Source: Candidatus Izemoplasmatales bacterium (GTDB lineage: Bacteria; Bacillota_I; Bacilli_A; Izemoplasmatales; Hujiaoplasmataceae). From it: 64,000 bases of DNA. The DNA lies in NCBI GenBank assembly GCA_050949045.1, contig JBMNEZ010000001.1, positions 320,001 through 384,000 of the forward strand, read 5' to 3'. A program made the translations under genes and the position numbers. Shown in pieces: positions 56,310 through 64,000 of this stretch (positions are counted from its first letter, which is position 1; every line of letters starts with the position of its first letter). The notes below the pieces were generated by a model that did not search any database, was not told where the DNA came from, and was given only the letters and a program-made list of their open reading frames with translations.

Positions 56310-56696
56310 ATGGATAAGATCGCGGTTGTGAACCATTTTTGGTATTTGTTTGATAGGCAGGACTGGGACGGTTTGAAAAGGCTCTTTCATCCCGAATGCA
56401 AGATCGCTTGGCCGAACACCTCGGATGATTTTACCCCCGAGGAGTATATCAGTCTGAACAGAAAATATCCGGGATCATGGAAAATCGAAGTCGAGGATGT
56501 AATCGAGGCGAAAACCAAGGCTATCTCCGTTGTCAGGATCAAAAGCAAGGACAGCTGCCGGTCTTTGAGAGGCATCGGCTTTTTCACCTTTGAGGATGGT
56601 TTGATTTACCATCTGCTCGAGTATTTCGCTCCTGATACACATAAGCCAGACTGGCGTTCAAAGAAGTGCAAAACAACCGGTTTAAATCATTTGTAG
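56310..56696 (+). CDS. SnoaL/NTF2-like protein
   Basis: DW..L..LF.P...I.WP, YPG.W, FF.F.DG.I...EY. Confidence 0.75.
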   Translation: MDKIAVVNHFWYLFDRQDWDGLKRLFHPECKIAWPNTSDDFTPEEYISLNRKYPGSWKIEVEDVIEAKTKAISVVRIKSKDSCRSLRGIGFFTFEDGLIYHLLEYFAPDTHKPDWRSKKCKTTGLNHL

Positions 56697-56773
56697 TAAC
56701 TATGTCATGGAAGTGATCAGCTATTGCGGGTCATCATATAAGTAAGATCTATTATCCTAATGGAGGAACAAAG

Positions 56774-57652
56774 ATGGGCAAATACAAAATCGTCACCGAT
56801 TCATGCATTGATCTGCCGGCTGAACTGGCAAAAAAACAGGGTCTTGAAGTGATACCGCTCAGCGTGATGGTCGAAGGCAAAGTCTACTACGACCATCTTG
56901 ATGAGCGCGACATCAGTTACAAGGATTTTTATGGATTGTTGAGGGAGAAAAGAAAGGCAACGACCGCGCAACTCAACCCCGAGCATTTCAAGGAGGCCTG
57001 GGAAGGTTTGTTGAAAGAGGGCTACGACATTTTATCGGTCTCGTTCTCGAGCGCTCTTTCCGGCACTTATCAAGCCTCGCTGACGGCTAAAAGCGAAATG
57101 GAGGCGAAATACCCGGAGCGAAAGATCATCACGATCGACAGCAGGTCTGCCTCGATGGGACAAGGCCTGCTCTTATTCTTGGCAAGCGAGAGGCAAAAAG
57201 CGGGGATGTCGCTTGACGATTTGGCGAAATGGGTCGAGGACAACAAACTAAGAGTTGTGCATTTGTTTACGGTCGATGATCTAAACCACCTCAAGCGGGG
57301 CGGGCGCCTTTCCTTCGGCAGAGCCTTTCTCGGCACCCTGATCAAGATCAAGCCCTTGCTTCATGTCGATTCCTTGGGGAGGCTTGTCCAGTTTGGGATG
57401 GCAAGAGGAAGGATCCACGCCCTCAACAAACTGCTTTCACGTATGGAAACGACCATCGATAAGCCGGAAGAACAAGAGATTTTTATCTCTCATGGCGATT
57501 GTATTGAAGATGTCGAGTACTTGGAAACAGAGATCAAGAAGCGTCTCAAAGTCAAAGAAGTCCGCTCTAACTATGTCGGCCCTATCATCGGTTCCCATTC
57601 GGGACCGGGAACGATCGCGATTTTTTATCTCGGCAATGACAGAACCGAATGA
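56774..57652 (+). CDS. DegV/FakB family fatty-acid-binding protein
   Basis: IVTDSC.DLP, SSALSGTY, IDS..ASMGQG, L.RGGRL, IGSHSGPG. Confidence 0.93.
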   Translation: MGKYKIVTDSCIDLPAELAKKQGLEVIPLSVMVEGKVYYDHLDERDISYKDFYGLLREKRKATTAQLNPEHFKEAWEGLLKEGYDILSVSFSSALSGTYQASLTAKSEMEAKYPERKIITIDSRSASMGQGLLLFLASERQKAGMSLDDLAKWVEDNKLRVVHLFTVDDLNHLKRGGRLSFGRAFLGTLIKIKPLLHVDSLGRLVQFGMARGRIHALNKLLSRMETTIDKPEEQEIFISHGDCIEDVEYLETEIKKRLKVKEVRSNYVGPIIGSHSGPGTIAIFYLGNDRTE

Positions 57653-57688
57653 GCGAAAAACCAGCGCTAATCAAAGCCCCATTTTCAG

Positions 57689-57725
57689 GCACCGGGAACA
57701 TTTTCCCCGGTGCTTTTTGTTTTTT
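57689..57725 (+). terminator. Intrinsic terminator after degV
   Basis: GCACCGGG...CCCGGTGC followed by T runs. Confidence 0.85.
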
Positions 57726-57794
57726 CACTCCAAACAGGCCGATTGATGGTATAATAAATAATAAGAACATGACGGAAATTAGAGGTGATTCAGC

Positions 57795-58217
57795 TTGAAG
57801 TTCAAGAAAATGACCTTGATGACCGACAGGATCGAGTATCGTAACAACAATCTCGCCCACGGCGAGTTCAAGTTGAAACCGATGTTGTCACGGGAAATCA
57901 AGAAGTTGAACATGAATGTCTATTTCACTCGTCTCAATCTCAAAATCGAGAACTCGCGGGAAAACCCCTTTCCGATCAATTTATCGATCAGTCTCAGGGG
58001 CGTTTTCGAGTTCGATGACATCTTTGATGAGAGTGAAGTCACGAGTTTTCTGAGAAAGGAAGCCGTCGAAATACTCTATCCCTATCTGCGCACCTTAGTT
58101 ACTAATGTCACGACGATGGCGCTCATGCCTCCGATTGTGCTCCCGATAGTCGATATCGCCAAACTGTTTCCGGACACGACCGAATCCCAAGCGAGTTTCA
58201 ATATCAATATCCAATAA
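57795..58217 (+). CDS. SecB-like protein-export chaperone
   Basis: PF.I.I.LRGVFEF, A..ILYPYLR.LV..VT.....PP..LP..D signature; TTG start, GAGGTG RBS. Confidence 0.75.
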   Translation: MKFKKMTLMTDRIEYRNNNLAHGEFKLKPMLSREIKKLNMNVYFTRLNLKIENSRENPFPINLSISLRGVFEFDDIFDESEVTSFLRKEAVEILYPYLRTLVTNVTTMALMPPIVLPIVDIAKLFPDTTESQASFNINIQ

Positions 58218-58222
58218 GCGAT

Positions 58223-58249
58223 AGCGGCAGCCTGATTGGCTGCCGCTTT
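58223..58249 (+). terminator. Terminator after the secB-like gene
   Basis: AGCGGCAGCC-TGATT-GGCTGCCGCT followed by TT. Confidence 0.75.
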
Positions 58250-58500
58250 CAAATGCAGATATTGACAAGGCTTTGTTGGAATATAACGAGGCCTTTTTTA
58301 TTGTGCCGATGGTTGATGAAAAAGGAGGACATCAATAACGACACCAGAAAGATTTAGCTGATCAATCGTTTCAAACGACAAGTCACAATTAATGAAATTG
58401 TACAAGACACTTAATCTCAAATGTGGTAGAATATAAAAAAGCAAGCATAAGCCTGCTGCTTTTGTTCTGTACGACAATCTTTGCTCAAGAAGGTAATCCG

Positions 58501-59973
58501 ATGGACAAGAACTTCTTCAAAAGGAATTACTCAATCTTAAGAATATTGGAAATCGTCATTGATGCGTTGATGATTGTTTTTAGTTTTATGTTTTCTGTCG
58601 CTGTCATAGAGGCAATCGCGGGAGAAAACTTTTTCTTGACTTTGAGAGATATTTTTACCGGTCTTTTTGACCAGTACGCTACTATTTTCAGAACTCAAAT
58701 ATTGTATATTATTCTGATTCTTTTCTTTTTTGTGATATACGAATCTAGTGTGATGAAGAAGAAATACTCTGATGTCATCACTGCGATAGTTCTGGCATTG
58801 ACAATGAGTTCGGTTACGCTGATTGTCATTTCCTTTATTTTTCAACGGCTACTTGTGCCGCCACTTACCTTGGGTGTCACACTCATCGTTCAAATAATAC
58901 TGTTTTCCTTTTACAAACTCTTGTTGTATCTTTTTGTCAGAAAAATCAATGTCAGGAATGTTATGATCGTTGGTCCGAAAGATGAGACTCATGAGTTCGC
59001 CGCCAAGTTTTTGCTTGAAAAGCATGACAATAATACGCTCAAGTACATTTTGTATGATCGAAAAGTCCGGTTTGACGAAAACTTGATTGACTATATCGAT
59101 AAAGTCGATGACATCTACATTACCTCCGGCACAATGGAAGACAATAAGAACAACATCCTTACTTACACTCAGACGAAGCGATATAAGGATGTGTATCTCG
59201 TCCCGAAACTCTATGAGATTAATATTATCAATTCAAAACCAGCTCAGATCGGCGATACGCCCTTGTTTTTGATTCAGTCTTTACATTTGACTTTGGTTCA
59301 AAGAGTTATTAAAAGATTGTTTGATCTGGTGCTGTCCATCATAATATTGACTGTATTATCACCGCTAATTTTAGTGCTCGCAATCATCATCAAACTTCAA
59401 GATGGAGGCAGTGTGTTTTATAAGCAAGAACGGATCACTTACGGCGGGAAGCCGTTCATTCTCTATAAGTTTCGCTCGATGATCGTCGATGCCGAGGCAA
59501 AAACCGGTGCGATCCTCGCACAGGTCAATGACGATAGAATCACAAAAATCGGGAAATTTTTGCGCAAGTCGCGACTAGATGAACTTCCTCAACTATTCAA
59601 TGTTATCAAAGGCGAAATGTCATTGATCGGACCAAGGCCCGAACGGGAAATCTTCATTAAGCAGTTCGTCAGCACCATACCGGACTACAAATACCGGATC
59701 AATGTCAAACCAGGAATCACCGGCCTTGCCCAAGTGCTTGGAAGATATAACACGGATCCCGTCGATAAATTGCGTTTTGATTTGCTTTATATCAGAAAGT
59801 ATAGCATTTTCCTTGATATCAAGATTATGCTATTGACAATCAAGGCGCTTTTCGATGTCCGCAGTGCGGAGGGAATCGTTCACAAACAGTCGTTTTTTGA
59901 AGTCATTGAGAAACTGAAACTTCACTATAAGGAAGAGGAAAATATGTTGTTTATCGAGAAAGAGGAACGCTGA
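58501..59973 (+). CDS. Priming polyprenyl-phosphate sugar transferase (WcaJ/CpsE-like)
   Basis: 4 N-terminal TMs, KRLFDL, KFRSM, RKSRLDELPQL.NV.KGEMS.IGPRPE, KPGITGLAQV. Confidence 0.93.
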   Translation: MDKNFFKRNYSILRILEIVIDALMIVFSFMFSVAVIEAIAGENFFLTLRDIFTGLFDQYATIFRTQILYIILILFFFVIYESSVMKKKYSDVITAIVLALTMSSVTLIVISFIFQRLLVPPLTLGVTLIVQIILFSFYKLLLYLFVRKINVRNVMIVGPKDETHEFAAKFLLEKHDNNTLKYILYDRKVRFDENLIDYIDKVDDIYITSGTMEDNKNNILTYTQTKRYKDVYLVPKLYEINIINSKPAQIGDTPLFLIQSLHLTLVQRVIKRLFDLVLSIIILTVLSPLILVLAIIIKLQDGGSVFYKQERITYGGKPFILYKFRSMIVDAEAKTGAILAQVNDDRITKIGKFLRKSRLDELPQLFNVIKGEMSLIGPRPEREIFIKQFVSTIPDYKYRINVKPGITGLAQVLGRYNTDPVDKLRFDLLYIRKYSIFLDIKIMLLTIKALFDVRSAEGIVHKQSFFEVIEKLKLHYKEEENMLFIEKEER

Positions 59974-59974
59974 C

Positions 59975-61108
59975 GTGGCTCGTAAAATCCTTTTTGTGGC
60001 TCATATGGATTCGCACATCGCCAACTTCCATCTTCCCTATTTGAAATGGTTCAAAGAACAAGGCTATGTGGTCCATGTCGCTTCCAACTCTCAAGAAAAA
60101 ACAAGACCGATCAACTATTGTGATCAGAAGTATGAGGTTCAGTTCGCTCGCTCTCCGTTTTCACCAAGGAACATCAAGGCTTTTCGCCAGTTGAAGAAGA
60201 TTGTCTCAAACAATGAATACGCCTTGATTCACTGTCATACACCTATCGGTGGGGTCATTACCAGAATTGTTTCTAGAAACACCAAAATCCCTATCTTCTA
60301 CACTGCCCACGGCTTTCATTTCCATAAGCATAGTTCACTTATTGATTGGTTGTTGTTCTACCCGATTGAGAAATGGCTTTCTCGTTATACTACCGAACTC
60401 ATAACGATCAATGAAGAAGATTACCAACTTGCAAAGTCAAAGTTTAAACGCAGTTGCAGTGTCAATTACATACCGGGTGTTGGTGTGAATCAAAATGAGC
60501 ATTATCCTCTGACGACAATTGAGAATCAAAAAAACAAAGCTAAACTTGGTTTTGCATTCGATGACTTCGTAATGGTGTGCGTCGGAGAATTGACAAAGAA
60601 CAAAAACCAAGCCTTCCTAGTCAGAGCGATGGCAACAGTCATCAAAACCAAGCCGAAGGCGAAGTTGTTGCTATTGGGTTATGGGGTATGCACCGTAAAA
60701 TTGAGAAAGCTTATCAAAAAACTCAATCTTGAGAATCATGTTTTATTACTTGGATTTCGCAATGATGTCTTGGAAATCATGAATTTTGCCGACCTAGTCG
60801 TCTCGTCAAGCAGAAGGGAAGGATTGCCCAAATGCCTGCTTGAGGCACTAGCAATTGGAAAGCCGATGCTCGGCTCAGATTGCCGCGGCAATGTCGATAT
60901 CATCGTTGATGGGGAAAACGGGTATTTGTATCAAATTGACAACCAAAAAGATTTTCTTCAGAAACTTGCTCAATTGATGAATAATCCAGAAGCGTTGAAG
61001 CGCATGGGAGAAAAGTCGATGGCGATGTGCGGCAGATTCGAACTCGATATCGTATTAGAACAGATGGCTACACTGTACAAGAAGCATTTGGAGGAGGGAA
61101 AACGATAA
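59975..61108 (+). CDS. Glycosyltransferase family 4 (EpsD-like)
   Basis: HCHTPIGG, YTAHGFHF, IPGVGV, KNQ, S.REGLP..LLEA. Confidence 0.9.
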   Translation: MARKILFVAHMDSHIANFHLPYLKWFKEQGYVVHVASNSQEKTRPINYCDQKYEVQFARSPFSPRNIKAFRQLKKIVSNNEYALIHCHTPIGGVITRIVSRNTKIPIFYTAHGFHFHKHSSLIDWLLFYPIEKWLSRYTTELITINEEDYQLAKSKFKRSCSVNYIPGVGVNQNEHYPLTTIENQKNKAKLGFAFDDFVMVCVGELTKNKNQAFLVRAMATVIKTKPKAKLLLLGYGVCTVKLRKLIKKLNLENHVLLLGFRNDVLEIMNFADLVVSSSRREGLPKCLLEALAIGKPMLGSDCRGNVDIIVDGENGYLYQIDNQKDFLQKLAQLMNNPEALKRMGEKSMAMCGRFELDIVLEQMATLYKKHLEEGKR

Positions 61109-62403
61109 TGCCACTAAAAATCGCCGTAATTGGCATGGGTTACGTAGGCTTGCCAATCGCGGTTGCTTTTTCGGAAAAAGGTATTGATGTCATCGGTTTT
61201 GACATCAATAAAGCTAAGATTCAGTCATATATAAATGGTGTCGATCCAACTCACGAGATCGGCCATGAGCGCTTAAGAAAGGCTGTAAAATTGAAATTTA
61301 CCGCCAACGAGGCCGATCTCGATCTTGCCAATTTTTTCATTGTGGCAGTACCAACTCCGGTTCTGCCTGACAAGACACCAGATTTGGAGCCATTGAAATC
61401 GGCATCGAAAATCGTTGGGAGGCATTTGAATAAAGGCGATTATGTCGTCTATGAATCGACCGTCTATCCTGGAGCCACCGAATCGATCTGTGTGCCGTTG
61501 CTCGAAGCCTCTAGCCAACTCAAGGGAGAGAGAGACTTCAAATACGGTTATTCTCCTGAGCGAATCAACCCCGGCGATCAAATTCACCGTTTGGAAACCA
61601 TCGTCAAGGTTGTCTCCGGGTGCGACATTGAAAGCCGGAAACGGATCAAAGAAGTCTATGAGATAGTCTGCTCGGCCGGTGTGTATGAAGCAGAAACGAT
61701 CAAAACCGCCGAAGCAGCAAAAGTAATCGAAAACTCGCAAAGGGACTTAAACGTCGCTTTCATGAACGAACTCGCAATCATCTTTGACAAGATGGATATT
61801 GACACCATCGATGTCCTCAATGCCGCTGGCACGAAATGGAACTTCCTTCCGTTTCGACCAGGACTGGTCGGGGGACATTGTATCGGTGTCGATCCATATT
61901 ACCTTACGTACAAAGCCCAGATGGAAGGATATATGCCGGAAGTAATTCTAGCCGGAAGAAGGATCAATGACAGCATGGGCAAGTTCATCGCCGAGAAAAC
62001 GATTAAAAAACTGATCAACGCCGGAATCAATGTCAAACGGGCGAAAATCTTGATTTTGGGGCTGACATTCAAAGAAGATTGCCCTGACATCCGCAATTCA
62101 AAAGTAGTCGATATCTATTATGAACTCAAAGAGTATCAAGTCGGGAAGATTATCGTCAGCGATCCGTTGGCAGAAGCGATCGCAACGAAGAACGAGTACG
62201 GCATCGATCTCGTTGATCTCAACGCTGTCAGTGATGTCGATTGCATCATCATCGCCGTCAAACATCAAGCCTACTGCAAGATGTCTATCGATGATTATGA
62301 AAGGCTATATGATAATACCAAACAGAAACGAGTTTTGATCGATGTAAAAGCAGTTATGAACAAAGAAGATGCAGTTCAGCACTTCGACTATTGGCGTTTG
62401 TAG
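61108..62403 (+). CDS. UDP-N-acetylhexosamine 6-dehydrogenase (WbpO/TviB-like)
   Basis: GMGYVGLP, ESTVYPG, YSPERINPG, GGHCIGVDPYY, FKEDCPDIRNS. Confidence 0.92.
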   Translation: MPLKIAVIGMGYVGLPIAVAFSEKGIDVIGFDINKAKIQSYINGVDPTHEIGHERLRKAVKLKFTANEADLDLANFFIVAVPTPVLPDKTPDLEPLKSASKIVGRHLNKGDYVVYESTVYPGATESICVPLLEASSQLKGERDFKYGYSPERINPGDQIHRLETIVKVVSGCDIESRKRIKEVYEIVCSAGVYEAETIKTAEAAKVIENSQRDLNVAFMNELAIIFDKMDIDTIDVLNAAGTKWNFLPFRPGLVGGHCIGVDPYYLTYKAQMEGYMPEVILAGRRINDSMGKFIAEKTIKKLINAGINVKRAKILILGLTFKEDCPDIRNSKVVDIYYELKEYQVGKIIVSDPLAEAIATKNEYGIDLVDLNAVSDVDCIIIAVKHQAYCKMSIDDYERLYDNTKQKRVLIDVKAVMNKEDAVQHFDYWRL

Positions 62404-63378
62404 GTGGACGATATGATCAAATTTCCAAAAAACACAAAGTTTTTAATCACCGGAGGAGCAGGGTTTATCGGCTCCAATCTCGCGGAACACTTGCTTAAGC
62501 AAGGATACTATGTCCGTGTCATTGACAATTTTTCTACAGGGAAAAAAAGTAACATCGAAACGTTTTTGACTTTGCCGAATTTTCATTTGATTGAAGCGGA
62601 TATCCGTGATCTTGATAAATGCCAAGAGGCATGCAAGGGGATTGACTATGTTCTTCATCAGGCGGCGCTCGGCTCGGTTCCGCGCTCAATCAAAGACCCG
62701 CTTACCTCAAACGAAGTCAATGTTTCCGGTTTTTTGAACATGATGATTGCCGCAAGGGATCAACAGGTAAAACGGTTTGTCTATGCCTCATCGTCATCGG
62801 TTTACGGTGATGAGGCGACACTGCCAAAAACAGAAGGCAAGGAAGGTAATCTCCTGTCACCATATGCAATCACCAAGCATGTGAATGAATTGTATGCCAA
62901 GATCTTCAGCTCGCTCTACGGGTTGGAAACTATTGGCCTTAGATACTTCAATGTTTTTGGCAAGCGCCAAGATCCGGAGTCTGAATACGCTGCGGTTATT
63001 CCTTTGTTCGTCAGGGCAATCTTGAGGAACGAAACGCCGATTATCCATGGCGATGGCTATCAAACCCGGGATTTTACCTACATCGACAATGTCATTCAAG
63101 CCAACCTCTTGGCCTGTCTTGCGCCAAAAGAGGCGAGCAAAGAAGTCTTCAATATCGCTTGTGGCGAGCAAGTAGCTGTCATCGACATGTATGACACCAT
63201 TGCTAAACTAATGGACAAGCATGTGAAACCGATCAATGTTTCGCCAAGATCCGGTGATATCCGCCATTCATTGGCGGACATTTCCAAAGCGCATCGATTG
63301 TTGGGCTATACCCCGGAATATGATTTTCTTCAGGGAATCAAACTCACATTGTCTTGGTACATCAGTTATTTTTCGTAG
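62404..63378 (+). CDS. UDP-GlcNAc(A) 4-epimerase (WbpP/TviC-like SDR)
   Basis: GGAGFIGSN, HQAALGSVPRS, SPYAITK (YxxxK), LRYFNVFG, YAAVIP. Confidence 0.92.
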   Translation: MDDMIKFPKNTKFLITGGAGFIGSNLAEHLLKQGYYVRVIDNFSTGKKSNIETFLTLPNFHLIEADIRDLDKCQEACKGIDYVLHQAALGSVPRSIKDPLTSNEVNVSGFLNMMIAARDQQVKRFVYASSSSVYGDEATLPKTEGKEGNLLSPYAITKHVNELYAKIFSSLYGLETIGLRYFNVFGKRQDPESEYAAVIPLFVRAILRNETPIIHGDGYQTRDFTYIDNVIQANLLACLAPKEASKEVFNIACGEQVAVIDMYDTIAKLMDKHVKPINVSPRSGDIRHSLADISKAHRLLGYTPEYDFLQGIKLTLSWYISYFS

Positions 63379-63385
63379 GTAATTT

Positions 63386-64000
63386 ATGAAGGCACTCCGT
63401 ATTCTTTACATCATTCCCAGTTTCAACTATGGGGGCAGCGAGAGAAAAGTCGTTGATTTGGCGTTAAACCTCAATCGCGATTTTTTTGCTGCATATGTGA
63501 TGTCAATCAGTGAAGACGGAGTTTTGAAGAAAGAACTTGACGATGGGGGAATTCCCTCGGTGTGTGTCAAGAAAAAAAGCAAGTTCGACATCTTCGTCGT
63601 TTTTAGAATTTGTCGTTTCATTAAAAAGAACAAGATCGATATTGTTCATGTCTTCACCAGCACAGCAAAGCTTTGGGGACGGCTCGCATGTATGGGCAAT
63701 AAAAAAGTCGTGGTCGTATCGACAGAAGAATCATTGTTTCGCGGGCTTCGATCGGATGTTTTTTTTGAAAGGCTTTTTAATAAAAGAACCAGTGTAATCG
63801 TTGCCAATTCTCACGCGACAATGATGTCCGCAATCGAGAAGACACATATCTCTGAAGCAAAGTACCGAGTAATCTATAACGGGATCAACCTTAAGCGTTT
63901 TAGCGATTACAAAGGAAACCGCGATAGCGACCGGCACTTCTACAAGATTCCCGCCGACAAGTCGGTCATCCTCCATATCGGAAGATTCGATGATCGCAAA
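63386..64000 (+). CDS. Glycosyltransferase family 4, 5' part; runs off the window edge
   Basis: Hand translation MKALRILYIIPSFNYGGSER...KIDIVHV...IVANS...VIYNGINL...ILHIGRF. Confidence 0.85.
   Translation, partial: MKALRILYIIPSFNYGGSERKVVDLALNLNRDFFAAYVMSISEDGVLKKELDDGGIPSVCVKKKSKFDIFVVFRICRFIKKNKIDIVHVFTSTAKLWGRLACMGNKKVVVVSTEESLFRGLRSDVFFERLFNKRTSVIVANSHATMMSAIEKTHISEAKYRVIYNGINLKRFSDYKGNRDSDRHFYKIPADKSVILHIGRFDDRK

Noticed and set aside
58321..58357. Strong AAAGGAGG RBS-like sequence in the polysaccharide locus upstream region
   Set aside because: No canonical start codon follows, and the frame closes within about 8 codons.

Overview
The window is a 64 kb core-chromosomal segment, translated with the standard genetic code (TGA is a stop). 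It comes from a Bacilli-derived bacterium that is probably wall-less (Izemoplasmatales/Acholeplasmatales-like); this is inferred from gene order and gene losses, not verified by search. Contents in order: partial pepF, spx, gap, pepP, recD2, a T-box-regulated alaS-ruvX-DUF1292-trmR-trhP1/2-udk-greA-mtnN block, the yqeG-yqeH-yqeK-rsfS-comEA-comEC-holA block, rpsT, a GH65 gene, pyk, nagB, an ABC-F pseudogene relic, argS, a heterodimeric ABC exporter, tRNA-Leu(CAA), an ECF sigma/anti-sigma pair, an acyl-CoA ligase, TetR, a Fic gene, lplA-gcvTH-gcvPA-gcvPB-cvpA, flavodoxin-ispG, an orphan PTS enzyme I, alkA, degV, a SecB-like gene and the start of an aminuronic-acid polysaccharide locus. No CRISPR array, integrase, transposase or prophage was seen. 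The most notable items are two unannotated, extensively self-complementary intergenic elements (about 14997-15145 and 55431-55658), a multi-TM protein with a YjbR/MmcQ-like C-terminus behind a perfect promoter, a Fic gene with His->Tyr at the catalytic position, a ComEA with three SLBB repeats, an enzyme I lacking a PEP-binding loop, an Spx with a 4-Cys tail, and selective absence of peptidoglycan genes from otherwise conserved Bacilli operons.
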